From Malacoraja senta (taxonomy: Eukaryota), in assembly GCA_038087875.1 (NCBI GenBank), contig CM075998.1, positions 1,426,001 to 1,490,000 on the forward strand: a DNA stretch of 64,000 nucleotides, written 5' to 3'. Of this stretch, positions 37,945 through 51,598 are shown piece by piece; the stretch's first letter is position 1; the number at the start of each line of letters is the position of its first letter. The notes beneath the pieces are model-generated. The model searched no databases, was not told where the DNA came from, and worked only from the letters and a program-made list of their open reading frames with translations. A program made the position numbers and the translations under genes.

Positions 37945-38311
37945 GAAGAGGAAAAACTTTTTCACACAGAGTTGTGAGCCTGTGAAATTCTCTTCCTCAG
38001 AGGGCGGTGGAGACCGGTTCTCTGGATGCTTTCAAGAGAGAGCTAGATAGGGCTCTTAAAGATAGCGGAGTCAATGGATATGGGGAGAAGGCAGGAACGG
38101 GGTACTGATTGTGGATGATCAGCCATGATCACAGTGAATGGTGGTGCTGGCTCGAGGGGCCGAATGGCCTACTCCTGCACCTATTGTCCATTATGTATCT
38201 GTACACTCTGAATGGCTCAATTGTAATCATGTATTGTCTTCCGCGGACTGGTTAGCACGCAACAAAAGCTTTTCGCTGTACCTCGGTACACGTGACAATA
38301 AACTAAACTCA
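37945..38311 (+). mobile_element. CR1 3' end (to ~38190) followed by a Rex-type LINE tail
   Basis: aactttttcacacagagttgtg...ggccgaatggcctactcctgcacctattgtc, then ctgtacctcggtacacgtgacaataaactaaact. Confidence 0.75.
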
Positions 38312-40527
38312 GATTTAGTCTCAGATTTTCACAGAAATTAACAGTCCATCCATGCTGGTAAAATTTAGATATACTGGTACATTAGTGTTTTTTTAGGTGC
38401 TATTAGTCCTGGAATTTGAGAATCTTTGTACCAGAAAGACATCCACTTGAGAAGCATTTCCTGTGCTGGGAATCCGACGTGAACCTGTGCCTTCCTCTGG
38501 CGTTCCTGTTGCAATGAAGCAGCTGTCCCATTGCCCAACCTGTGAGGCTATGTGCAGTGGCTGACCATGAGGGTTGGTATTCTGTAGGCTGGAACAAACT
38601 CTGGTATCTCAGCACTGAGATGTGGGGTTCAGGACTGTCACCATTGTGTTTGCGCCAAATTCCTGGCCCAACAGCACTGTCAGCAAAACTGTTTTTTAGA
38701 GCTGCTTCCACAAGCTAACATTATCTTGCCTGTTCTGCTACCTTCAGGGATCTAAGAACTAGTGTGCATCACAGTATACTGCTACTTATCATGCATGCAA
38801 TCCCTTGCCTTGTTACCCTCCCTGATATTTCACTTTGGAATTCATATTGCACAATTCATATTGATTTCCATTTGCCACCTCTGTGCTTGCTTAATCATTA
38901 TTGATATATAGTCTTATTCCCTTAATTCTATGAAATTTAAATGATACTATTACTTTCACATCTTAGATTACCTTTAATTTTGTTTCTGTTATCTCTTTAG
39001 ATTGTGGAAAATGACAATATTTTCTAGTTGGTATATTGACAGTTGTATTAAATGCAGCAATTCAATTTTGTTGTTCTGATCATGAATTGCATAAATTTCA
39101 TACCTCATACTTTGAAGTGCCCTTAACTAGCTTGATTACATTAATCTGAAAATTACGCCAATGATTTATTCTCTGTTTGCCAAAAACTAGAACTAAACAA
39201 GCTGTGAGTATGATTCAAGGGTTTAGAGATTTGCTGAACGGCTGGCTATGTGGGAGAGCAGGAAGCATTTAAAATCTGTAGTGACCATGAAGCATGAGGG
39301 CTGATTGTGTGGCAGAGATGAGGTAGTTGAAATCAGAAATGATGAGAGGGAAGAGATGGGGAGCAACTTGCCCATGTCGACCAAGATACCCTTGTAATTG
39401 ATTTTGCTGATCCAAACTTCAAACTTTTAAAAACCACTTTTTGAGTGAGTTAAAATCATCTATAAATGCCTAAAATCAAAAGTAATTGTTTAACTGAAGC
39501 AAAATGTATAAAATTATCCTGCTTTGTTTTGTAACTGCTGCCTAACGATCGCCCTTAAAGTCAACGGAGGATCAGATCCTGCACCAATTCCCCAGCATAA
39601 ATGCTGCGATAATAGTAATAGAGCATTTTGCCTGTGTCTTGATAATGCAAAAATTCTGGACTTCCGTTTAAAAAACTAAATACCAACTGCGAACCACTTG
39701 CACTTGCAAGGAAGATCTAGAATCTCTAACAAAAGGAACAAATCTTCACAATTATAAAAGTAGATTTATTTTTTCGTGTCAGATGTTGTTTGGCATTACC
39801 ACTTGTAACTTGAATAGATTAGCCATAAGTTTTTTAGTTATGTTTTGTGGTAATCTAGTTGGTAAATATTGCAAATTTGCACGTTATAAAAATGTTTTGG
39901 TATGCTGGTGTTAAATTAACTATCTGCTGGAAGAGCAGAGTAACTCGAACCACAACTTTGTTGCAGTATTTATCTACGATAGCTTAGACACTTAAACCGT
40001 TGTCCAATTTATTTTATAACTGTGTACCAATGCTCACACCATTATTCTTGTAGCAATCAGAGCCAAATGTTTTCTGCCTCAATTTTCTAAGAACAGAATT
40101 TTTGTTTCTATGGGACCTGAGCAGGAAAAAAATGACCCCATGAACGAAGGATTTGCTTTGTCTTTCGTAGGATGTGGACATTGCTGGCAATGCTGGTATT
40201 TATTGTTCGTCCCAAATTGCCCAGAACGTAGGGAGCAGTGAACAGTCGGCAGAGTTTGGTGGGTCTTGAGTTGCATAGGCTAGGGTGTTCTTGAACCAAA
40301 TGCTCGATACAACAATCTGTAGTTTCCTGGTTACATCAATACTAACGAACTGCAACAAATAGTGGACACAGACTTGGATGCAGATTTTTTTTTTCCTTTT
40401 CTTTTTTTATATAATTAATTTCCAATTTGAGCCGAATCTAGTGACTTGTGTAATAACGACAGCAGTCTTTTTTTTTGGAGCAACAAGTTCAATTACACTA
40501 GTGACACTAAAGTCTATCCTCTTCCAG

Positions 40528-40615
40528 GTTCATTTTCATATTGCTCGGACCAGTTGGAAAGGCACAGCAATACCATGAGATTGGGAGATCCATGGCCACT
40601 ATAATGACTGATGAG
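40528..40615 (+). CDS. slc4a8: slc4a8 exon 9 ([29 protein letters not shown])
   Basis: cttccag| ... GAG|GTAAGT, 88 nt, intact. Confidence 0.96.
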
Positions 40616-41109
40616 GTAAGTCTGTACTTGGGTATGTGGTACCTATGTCATTTGGTTTAGGTTGGTGCTGTTTTGTATGAGCTACACCCCAAATAAGATT
40701 ACTGCTTTGTAAATATATTGTGTATTTCTCCTTGTGTACCTTTTCAAGGATAATGTCCAAGTTTTTCCTCATTCAGTCACTCGATCACTAACGATCAGCT
40801 CTGACTGTTACCTTCCTCGGGTTAAACATCTTGTACAAAATGGAAAATGCTGGAAATACTCAAGCTATGTCTGTGGGAAGAGAAAGCCGACCTTTCAGGT
40901 CAAAGACTGTTTGTCAGAATGGAAAAAGGAGTCGGAAGAAGTTTGTAAAGTTACAGGAGAGTTGGGGTTGTAAACAAGGTTATCTCCATGAGTGAATGGG
41001 AACAGTTAGAGAGTAAGAACATGCACAAATGAATGAAGGCATTATGAAATGCAGAGCAGGAAGACAATAGACAAACAATAGGTGCAGGAGTAGGCCATTC
41101 GGCCCTTCC

Positions 41110-41500
41110 AGCCAGCAGGTCAGGCTTGACATGTTCCCCACTCCCAGAGGCGATGAAAAGAAGAGGAGCAAAGGGGATGAGTTGATTTCACACATGGATG
41201 ACTGATAAAGACCAAAATCGAGCGTCTCAAGGTTTTGAGATCAACATGAATCCAGAAGGCTGCACAAATGGAAGATGAGGTGCTGTTCTTCAAGTTTGTG
41301 TTGGGCTTCACTGTGACTGTACGGGAGGTCACAGACCAACAGGTCAGAGTGTGATGGAGAATTAAAGTGGCGATGGGAAGCTATATGGGAAGATTGAATG
41401 CAGATGCTCCACAATGTGGTCACCTAATTGCACTAGTTTTGGAGGAAGTGCAAGAGAAACATGCATGACCTGGAAGAAATGTTTGGGTCCGTTGATGGTG
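41110..41500 (-). mobile_element. Penelope-like element fragment (decayed C-terminus of the GIY-YIG endonuclease region)
   Basis: ORFs read LGDHIVEHL...HRHFNSPSHSDLLV...HSEAQHKLEEQHLIFHLCSL, matching the recalled fish/shark Penelope terminus (HFNSPSH...RKLEEQHLIFRLG). Confidence 0.7.
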
Positions 41501-43410
41501 AGAAGAAGTGGTGTTGCATCGCCTGGGGTTGAAGGGAAAAGGAGTGGTTGGTAGAAATGAAAATTGCTCTGCCTGTTGCAACTCCAGCATTCTTTGGTCT
41601 TGCTCTTGGTCTCGCTAACTGCTCCCAATTGCTCACTGATCACTTTATTTGCAGCTTCTCACCATGGTGATCCCTGTGTTGCCCTATCAAAGACAACCCC
41701 TCACTCTCACTCCGCCGTCCCTACAGCTCAACAAGCTTCTCTTTCACTCCTTTTCATTGCTGATGAAGGGTCTCAGACCTGAAATGTTAACTGTTTCTCT
41801 TCCCATATATGCTGCCTGACCTGAGTATTGACAGCATGTCATGTCTGCTTTAATTTCTTAGCATCTGCAGTTGTTTAGAATTGTTTTCACTTGAATATTT
41901 TGTGGTTTGACTAAAGCACTGAGTGATTTTAATGAGATAGCCTCTCATTCTACTCTCCCAATACTTTTGCTAATGTAAATCAATATTTTGTTTGATTTCT
42001 GCTCCACTCTGACATTTTAAAAACCTGCTTGACATGCCTTCTTTTTGCCATCTCATGGTAAAGTAGATGATGGTTTACTGGTTGACTTGTTTTAATTTGA
42101 CTGCAGTCTGTTTGTCTCACTTGGATTGTCATTGTGAAATGCATTTAACAGATTCATGGCCTTGCCAACAAAAGTGAGATTTTCTCCGACTGGACTATAG
42201 TTTGAGTTTTCAGCCCTGCATCCCTCTGCCTCTGCACCCCTCTCTCTGAATGACCTTTGAAGCTTCTTCTGACCAAACCTTTGCTTGCCTGCCCGGATAT
42301 TTGTCAGTGGCTGGGTGTTAAATTGACGATCTCGAAAGAACTTTGGGATACTTCAATGATATTAATAGGCTAAATGAATGCTAGTTGTGCCTTCGGTTTC
42401 TGTCTATTATTGGCAGTGCTAAAAACGGATTAGCTATGAGCTCTATCAGACTATGATGCTGAGAAGGAAAGATTGATAGTATGCAGGGGGAGGGGAAGGA
42501 TAATCTTTTCTGAAATGAAAGGAATGATACTAAATTTCTGTGAAATAATGTGTTTTGAAGTGAATTCTATCACCATTTTTGGAATATTCATGACAAAATC
42601 CGAGGAAGCAGATACGGTAGAAAAATTGAACAAAAGATGTGCCACTGGTTTTCACTCCAAGCCGCCCTTTGTTCCTGTCTTCCTTGCTAATTATCACCTT
42701 TCAAACAAATCAGCTGCAGATAAATCAGACAGACAAAATGGAACATCAAAGTTTCTCCTTTTGCTGCCCACATCAAGTGTCAAGTGTCTGTGTGGGAACA
42801 TCTCATTCTAGGAGTCTCCTTTTATTTTGCTTCGAGAGGAGGGGGGAAGGAACAACACGTTACTGTGCCTCGTTTGGTGAGACCATTGAACAACATCACT
42901 GCTCTGTAGTTCTTGGGGTGAGGATGGTTAATCAATGGCACATCTCTGAATTAAACGGTAACATTTTTGGTAGAGTTCTGATTATAGATACTCCGATGTC
43001 TGTGTCTCCTGATCTCAATTTACCCGAGAGATTTCAGTACTTAATAAGATAAATCTGGGCTGAATCTCCAGTTCATATGTACCAGACACAAAGTGTTGGA
43101 GTAACTCGGTTGGTCAAGCAGCATCACTGCAGAAAATGGACAGGTGACCATCAGGTTGGGACCCTTCTTCAGACTGATTATGGGGGGTGGGTTGGGGAAA
43201 GAGAAGCAATAAAGGATCAGGACAAAACAGGGCTGGCAACAGATGAGTATAAACCAGCATCTGCAGTTCATTTTTATTATATATGTACCAGACCTTTTTT
43301 GCCACATTTGGGCGCATGTGTCAGTTCCTCTATCTGCCATCTTGGAAAGTATCAAACGGAGTGAGTCAGGATTAGTGTTTAAGTGGGTGATACAAATACT
43401 GCTGTCCTAA

Positions 43411-44306
43411 TTTTTCATGGAATGAAAGCTGCAATTTTTTTGGCCATAGGTAGTTTCTTTAAAAAAAACCGTAATGAGGTGCATTGTATCTGATCCTTAC
43501 ATCTTGCAAGATCTCATCACCTAATTCCGTGTCCCATGTCTGCCTTTGTACTCTAATTTCCATGCATTTTACAGATTACATAGATTTGGGGGATTTTAAG
43601 CCAATCACTACACTGGATAGGCAAAAGTCAAAAGCTCTTCTGGTCACACGAAGCACAAATCCTCCTCCCCCCCCCCCCCCCCCCCCCCTTTTGGAATAGC
43701 AGCCTTTTTGAAAATGTCCCCCAGTGAGATTTGATTTAACTATTCAATTTTGCAGAGCAATAATCACAAACAAATTAAAGAGTTTGACAGGTTCATTTAC
43801 TGCTGGTTCATTTACTGCTGAGAAAACTGAGCAATACTTAAAATGAAGCTATTTTTCATTTCTATTTCTGAATTTAAGAAATCTGTCTGTGCCAGTAGTG
43901 AGCTGGGTGCTGCATCAATTAGATGACTGTCAGCTTTATGACTGACGGTAGCTACAATCTACCACTGCTGCTTATGATGCGTTCTATTTGCATCACAGAT
44001 TTAAGATAGAATTCCTGAACTGGTGACAAAACAAATGAGAAGTGCAAAGTGCATTAAAGTTGCACTCTGCCTTTCGTACAATGCTTTAAGCAATTTTCAT
44101 TTAATATTTTTTAAATGGGCATTTTTCTTATGGATATTATTTCTAATGAGATTCTAAAATGATTCATCCTTCACAAAATTTGAATCAAGTTTGCTGGTGA
44201 TGAGATCTTGCAAGATGTAAGGATCAGATACAATGCACCTCATTAAGTTTGTTTTTAAAGGAACTACCTATGGCCCAAAAAATTGCAGCTTTCATTCCAT
44301 GGAAAA
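43411..44306. repeat. ~110-bp inverted repeat (43411-43521 / 44196-44306), ~675-bp spacer
   Basis: catggaatgaaagctgcaattttt...taatgaggtgcattgtatctgatccttacatcttgcaagatctcatcacc and its reverse complement. Confidence 0.92.
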
Positions 44307-44310
44307 GCAA

Positions 44311-44625
44311 GTTTAGTTTAGTTGAGAGATACAGCGTGGAAACAGGCCCTTCGGCCCATGGAGTCCGCACCGACCAGCAATACCCGCACATTAACACTAC
44401 CCTATACACACTAGGGACAATTTTTACATTTTCATACTAAGCCAATTAACCTACAAACCCATATGTCTTTGGAGGGTGGGAGGAAAACGAAGATCTCGGA
44501 GAAAACCCACATGGTCACGGGGGGAACATACAAACTTCGTGCAGACAAGCACCCGTAGTCAGGATCGAACCAGGGTCTCTGGCGCTGTAAGGCAGTAGCT
44601 CTTCTGCTACGCCACCGTGCTGCCC
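44311..44625 (-). mobile_element. HE1-like V-SINE, well preserved, (CTAAA)n tail
   Basis: Reverse complement of the same consensus; tail gtttagtttag. Confidence 0.85.
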
Positions 44626-45850
44626 TGTGTTTTGGAGAAATGGTTGTGAGTCAGTGATGAAGAAGAATTCATACACTCTCCTTCTCATCACCCCCCACCC
44701 CCCTCCCCTCCCCCTTCGCTATTGTTTGTAGTCCATATTGGTTGAATAGTGTTAGCATAGGTTTTGTACTGAGCCATTATTAAACAAGCACATGTGGACT
44801 TGTGGGCACATAATACAGCCCAGCACCAGATTAGAGCAGGTTTTTTTGTTCATTTGTCAGCATGAATAACTGAATGTGGGTATTGGATCGGTGAGTGCAG
44901 AAAAGGTAAGATCTATATTTTTGCACTTCTTTTGACACCTGCTAACACACAAGTAACAGGAGAGAAGTTGGACGGAAGAGCAAGAGCAGACCACTGAATA
45001 TTGTTGAGGGACAATGACGCTTGTGGAAGAGACCCGAGGAAGCCTGATGGCACCATCTGGGATTGCATTAGCATGTTAATACGACCCTGCGGAATGGAGT
45101 ATTAGCGATGTGCATCACAAAATGACGGCGTCATTTTATAAAATGATAAAACGACAATATGTAGGAAATGTTGAGCAGGTCAGGCAGGCAACATTTGTGG
45201 AAAGAGGAACAGAAGTAACATTACAGCTCAAAGCCCTTCATCAGATCTGGGAAAGAAAGTAAATTGGTTCTTTTGACGGGTTTTTTTCCCCAAGGAGAAA
45301 AGTACCAGATCAAGGTATTGAGAATTAATGATGTTCTGTGAACTATTTGTGTGATTGAAACAATCATAATATGTCCTCCAGGGGTACCTCTCATCAGAGA
45401 ATTTAAAATCAAAAATCCTTGCTAAAACGAGCAGCATGAGTGAATGTTGAAGTGTGAAAGAGAGTGAACAGTCTCCTCCAATTTAAACTCTGCTCAGCTG
45501 GAGTGGAGAAATTCTGCCAAACAGTAAGTTGCAAAGATGCTTCATGAAACACGATCATAAAATAAAGCTGAGAACAGATTGACAACAAAACTGTAACCTG
45601 ATACCTTGATTAACTAAAGGGAGACAAAAATGCTGGAGAAACTCAGCGGGTCAGGCAGCATCTATGGAGAGAAGGAATAGGCGACGTTTCGGGTAAATTA
45701 AACTAAATTAGATTTCTGAACAGACCACAAACAAGAATTGCAGATCTTTTATTAATCTTAACAAATGGCATTCAAAATATAGTCATTATCATACATTTCA
45801 CTTTAATAAAAAGACTAATCTGAAAAAAAATGTTTCTGCCTACATTTCAG

Positions 45851-45997
45851 ATTTTTCATGATGTAGCCTACAAAGCAAAGGATCGCAGTGATCTTCTTGC
45901 TGGGATTGATGAATTTCTTGATCAGGTGACTGTTCTCCCCCCTGGTGAATGGGACCCCTCCATCCGAATTGAACCGCCAAAAAACGTTCCATCTCAG
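45851..45997 (+). CDS. slc4a8: slc4a8 exon 10 ([49 protein letters not shown])
   Basis: tttcag| ... CAG|GTACAG, 147 nt. Confidence 0.97.
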
Positions 45998-46347
45998 GTA
46001 CAGCCTTTCCATCGCAATCGCTGAAATCTTTGAAGAGGGTACTCGTGCACTATTTTGTTTTTGTTGTTCACGTGTGCCACCAGCAAATTGAACTGTAAAT
46101 CACAATAATGGAATAACAATTGGGACTATAGAGATATGCTGAGCTATCAAAATGGGATCAGAAGGCATTTAGCATTTAAACATTAAAAAAAATATTAAAC
46201 TTCTAGTCTGGGATAATTACTTCATCACTTTGAAGGTGTGTAACATTCCTACACGGACTATCTACAGACCTGCAGAATCTTTGGAGACTAGGTGGAAATT
46301 ATGTTTCACTGTGCCATGTCTCAGTCATACCTCCATTTGTATAATAG

Positions 46348-46448
46348 GAGAAACGGAAGCAACCAGGGATCCCAAATGGTAATGCATTCCACGTTGAGCC
46401 CGAACCACAAGTGGGCCACACTGGTCCTGAACTGCAGCGCACAGGAAG
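46348..46448 (+). CDS. slc4a8: slc4a8 exon 11 (EKRKQPGIPNGNAFHVEPEPQVGHTGPELQRTGR)
   Basis: aatag| ... AG|GTTTGT, 101 nt; ends in conserved GPELQRTGR. Confidence 0.94.
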
Positions 46449-47746
46449 GTTTGTTGTAGCTTCTTGTATGGTGTTGTTAATTTATTTAACTTCCCTCTGT
46501 TGAACTCATTCTCAACACCTACCACACTCGGTCTCTCTCCTTCCTTCTTCCTCTTTGCAAATTGAAAACTTCAGCTAAATGACCACTGTTATAGTGCGTG
46601 CTATTGCCGTGACCTTGACTGGAACCTGTGCAGATGTTTGATGTGACAGAGACATATGGCAAGGTTTGGATCTAGATTGCGTTATGCCTCGTGGCCTCAA
46701 GAAAATGACTCCACCAGAGATTATGGAAGTTCAAAACATTTTCCTTCTCGGAAAGCAAACTCTGTTCACCGACACTGAATTTGTAAAACTTTCCGATTCA
46801 ATCAAAACAAAGCGCCCCTATGCACATTCAAGTCCTTAAGAAAGAAATGTTTACCCTATTGACTTAATATCAGCAACAGTATTTGAAATTTGTAAGTCTT
46901 ATGAAACTAGTACCTGTTTTTTTTCCGTTTGGGCTCAATTTGTGCTTTGTAATTGGCCACTGTACCAATCAGATCTTGAATCCCATTCAGTACAACCGCC
47001 ATGGCGCATGCTTATTGTGTCAAGTGATGTAGTTCATAAGGGCACTGGACTAATTACTCCTGTAGCTCTTCTCATATTCCACAATGAAAGTCTCCATTAG
47101 AAATCTGAATGGGTCAACAATAATAGTGAAAACTCCAAACATACCAGGTGATAAAGTAAAATGGTCAAGAGTAGGAAGTAACATATCCGGCAGTGGACAT
47201 TTTACACGTGGAAGAAAGAAATAGAAAAGGAATTAAGATTCCAGTGGGTATTTTGTACGTGCCCACTGGTTACAGCTTTGAAGTGATACAACATATAAAT
47301 GCAGAGATTAAGCAAGCAAGTAGGTTTAGTGAAGAATTTTATGTTGGAATATTTTGGTTGGGGCTGTTCTAATAACTCTGATTTCTTCTGGATATCCATC
47401 ATTTTTGTTTTTTAGATTTCCACCAGTATTTCTATCCTTACTATAAGCCTTTAGCATCTTTACATTTCTGCAAATGTCCAACCCATCTGAACTTTTTTAA
47501 TTTAATGTGTCAAATTGGGGCCAATTTTAATTTATTTTGTTGTGTCAATTATTGAATATTATAAAACTGTGGAACTACTACCACTTTTAAAGTGCGTTCA
47601 AGATGATGTTGTTTTATTGTACCTTTCCTATTCTATACCATTTAACCGACTGGTCATTGGCATTTAACGCACTGTTTTTTATTATCCTGAAGTAACTGGC
47701 TGTTGGAATCTTTTTTGTTTCATGTGATTTATTTCAATTCTTCCAG

Positions 47747-47921
47747 GCCGTTTGGGGGTTTGATCCTTGACATTAAGCGGAAGCTGCCTTGTTTCTGGAG
47801 TGACTTCAGGGATGCCTTTAGCTTGCAGTGTGTGGCATCCTTCCTGTTCCTGTACTGTGCCTGCATGTCCCCTGTTATCACATTTGGTGGCCTCTTGGGA
47901 GAAGCAACAGATGGATGCATA
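47747..47921 (+). CDS. slc4a8: slc4a8 exon 12 ([58 protein letters not shown]), TM1
   Basis: ttccag| ... ATA|GTAAGA, 175 nt. Confidence 0.97.
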
Positions 47922-48657
47922 GTAAGAAAGTCGAGGATGTTGATGCATTTAAATTGCTAATTTGGTGTAATTTTAATACGCTGCTTAACAAACGGGAGGA
48001 TTCATCTTTGAAAAAATGTAATATCACTGAGATTGTAATGTCAGGTTTGGGAAATTTGAGATGTGAAAGTAATTGATGAATTTGCAAAAACAGTAATTGC
48101 TTTGCAAAACTCAGTCACACAGCATGGAGACAGTCCCTTCATTCCACCCAATCCACGCTGACTATCAAACGCCCATCTGTACCAATCCTATGCTAATCAC
48201 ATTTTATTTCTTCTTCCCACATTCCCATCAACCTTTTTCTACCTTTCTACCTTTTTACATCTACATTCATAGCCAATTAACCTACTAAGGCGTCTATCAA
48301 ATCATTTCTTAAATTGCTGAAAAGAGAACAGTCTCTTCTAATCTTTCCATACAACTCAAGTCCCAAATCCATGGCAATACATCAGTGAATCGCCTTTGCA
48401 ACCACTCTTGAATTTCTTCCTGATATGGGGTACCCAGTATTGAAATAATACTCTGATTGAGGTCTGGCCAATGGTTTTTCTGAAGCTTTAGTTTAACTTG
48501 TGGGCTATTTACTAAACACAGATATTCATAAAGACATTTAGTAATACAATAACTGCATTTCCCCCAGCCCCCCTCCCCCCCCCTTCCCCCCCTTCCCCCC
48601 ACCCCAAATTGTTCCTGTTGCCATGACCTAAAATTAATTTATGGATTTCCTCTCCAG

Positions 48658-48791
48658 AGTGCGATCGAGTCCTTGTTTGGGGCATCTATGACTGGAATTG
48701 CTTATTCTCTCTTTGCTGGGCAACCTCTCACTATATTGGGCAGTACAGGTCCTGTGCTCGTGTTTGAAAAGATTTTGTTCAAATTCTGCAA
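48658..48791 (+). CDS. slc4a8: slc4a8 exon 13 (SAIESLFGASMTGIAYSLFAGQPLTILGSTGPVLVFEKILFKFCK)
   Basis: tctccag| ... AA|GTAAGT, 134 nt. Confidence 0.97.
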
Positions 48792-49491
48792 GTAAGTAAC
48801 TATTAACAGGGGGGGTTAATAAAACTGCAGTTACTGCAAGTTGCCTGCTTCTTCAGTTCTAAACAAAAATGAAAATATAGCAGTATATCATCAACTATGA
48901 ATAGAAGATAAATCTAATGATTATGTGAATTCCGTGACATTCTGGATCCTCTGGCCAACAAGCTTTCCCATCGGTAAACTGTTGAATTTTCTGATTAACG
49001 TGATTCTTTTTTTTTACGGTCCAGTTCCGGTTGTCTAAGATTTTATTGCAATAGTGAGTGTGACAGAAGGGTAAATTACTAAGATAATTAGGTGAGGGAG
49101 CAGCATTCACGGTGGACATAGAGGTTTTCTCGTTTCTCTGATATTATTGTTTTTTTCACCTTGTTAGATTCTATCTCTCTCCCAATGAGTTCCTTCAATG
49201 TCTTCATTGATCTGGTAAGATCAATAGAGCCCCACTCCTACTGAATCAATACAAATATAATACATCCTAACATAAATTCACAACTGCAGATCCAGACTTT
49301 GGGAATAAAGTATAGTACAAAGATAATAATTCACCATCTCTCACTCCTCTACTGCAGAACATATTTGCTTGGAATGACATTTCTGAAGCTTTTCCTAAGT
49401 TTGAAGATGTTGCCTGGAATTCAGATATGTTCACCACTAAATCTAATTTCACCTGTTTCTAATTAAAAACATTTATCTCTCCTGTTTATAG

Positions 49492-49737
49492 GGACTATAA
49501 CTTATCCTACCTTTCTTTGAGAACGACTATTGGACTCTGGACATCATTCATGTGTATGTTGCTTGTTGCCACAGATGCAAGCTCTCTTGTCTGTTACATA
49601 ACTCGATTTACAGAAGAGGCATTTGCCTCTCTCATCTGTATTATTTTCATCTATGAAGCTCTGGAAAAGCTGATCCATTTGGGAGAAATCTACTCTTTCA
49701 ATATGCATTCCGATCTGGACCAGCTTACTCAATACTT
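49492..49737 (+). CDS. slc4a8: slc4a8 exon 14 (DYNLSYLSLRTTIGLWTSF...TRFTEEAFASLICIIFIYEALEKLIH...LTQY)
   Basis: tttatag| ... TT|GTAAGC, 246 nt. Confidence 0.97.
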
Positions 49738-51492
49738 GTAAGCATTATAGTTTTTCTTCCTTGTCAAATGTTCTCTGTTTCTGCAGTGTTAGCAATCCAT
49801 GGGAGCCAGTTGCTGTACTTAAGTTGAATTATTATTTTTGAAGTGTGAGCCAAGACTGAGTATTGGACAGATATTTCACCATAACAATTTAAATTCTGTT
49901 TCATTATGGACCCAGCAAAAAGTCATTGAATATCTACCTCGGGCTAAAATCGCATTTTACTTTCTCTTCCATCTTCTGTACTTTGAGTCTTCCCGAACCA
50001 GAAACTCTGGATGACCCAGGCGATTTATAATCTGCTGTATGCTAGTTTACTTTCCTCCCAGCCGTGTCAAACTGATGCTGGGCCTTCGGGGCTCTTAGCT
50101 GCTCAAGATAGAGCAACAAAATCTCCTGCAATCGCCTCCTGAAGATAATAGTCGTGTAGGGCAGCTCTGCACAGGAACACTGCAAAGGCACTTGGAAACT
50201 GGAACCTTGGGAAATGCAGGAGTGTAATTGGTGTGAAATAGCTTGTAGATTTGCAATAGATTAGAAACCGTGATTACGTTTATTTTAAATCTTTGTTGTG
50301 ATGTGTTTTTACATTGTGGTCAAGATTATAATATGACTGTTAGTGACTGTGGGAACCTATGCTGAATTGGAATTGCAATCACTGCTATGTCAGATTAATG
50401 CTTCACATGCAACATGAGGAAGGGTTGCCAAGTTCCACTTCTTCCCTTCACCCTGTCTTTCTCGCCTCTTTCCCCGACTCCCATGTACTGTGCCTGTATG
50501 TCCTGCTCTTAAGCTACTATTTTGGTAGCTGGTGGCGTCTACCATGGGAAGGTCACAGTTGTTTGAAAATATCCCCAGTTCTATCCTGGAAGGATTCAAA
50601 TGGACAGAAGTTCATCATCACTGCCACCTTCACAGGCACTGCCAATGCACGCTTTGCCCTGCAAAGGCTGATGTTATGATTGCACTTGGTAAATTTCGTT
50701 CAGGGTCTCCTGTCTTGTGCACATTTCTTACACATGTTTTTGTTAAACCAGTTCGGAGAGTTATGGAGTCATAGAGAGAATCATAGAGTGATACAATGTG
50801 GAAACAGCAATGTCCCAGCTACACTAGTCCCACTTGCCTGAACATCTCGGGCAGATTCTGCTTCCTATTGAGAATACTTCTAACAGTTTGTCCTGCATCA
50901 CTGCCCCTCTGTGTATTCTCCCAGTTGTGCTATGTCCTTGGTCAATGCATCCATATATGGGAGCAATTGATTTCAGAAGTTACAACAGGAGCAGAATTAG
51001 GCCATTCGGCCCATTGAGTCTACTCCGCCATTCAATCATGGCTGACTTATCTTTCCCCTCAACCCCATTCTTCTGCCTTCTCCCCATAACCCTTGACACT
51101 TTCACTAATCAAGAATCTGTCAATCTCCACCTTAAAAAAATACCCAAATGATTTGACCTCCACAAGTGCAAAATATCAAATGCTTGTAGAATTGAAATGT
51201 GTGCACTTTCACTTTCCAGTTGGCATATCTCAGAGCTATGTGCATGTGCCATGGATCCTACTTTAAGTATTAAAGTGCCCCCATCGTGCACAATCAGTGG
51301 GCTTTTGTGACAGGTGATTTTAATGGAACACTATTTTCTCCAAATTAAAACAAAACTATTTTCACTGAGTGAAATATATTAATTTCTTTCCTGCCAATAA
51401 TTTGGTTAAGATTGGTTCATGTTGAAAACCAGACATTCATCTGGTCACATTAATGTATCTTGTATGTAATTTTCTGTTTCTGTTTACTTTAG

Positions 51493-51598
51493 CTGTATAT
51501 GCGCAGAGCCTCATAATCCTAACAACAGAACTATGGTGTACTGGGAGATGCAAAATATTACAAAATCATCGGTCCCTTGGGCAAATCTGACTGTCAGT
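51493..51598 (+). CDS. slc4a8: slc4a8 exon 15 (CICAEPHNPNNRTMVYWEMQNITKSSVPWANLTVS), extracellular loop 3
   Basis: actttag| ... AGT|GTAAGT, 106 nt; CxC and WANLTVS motifs. Confidence 0.95.
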
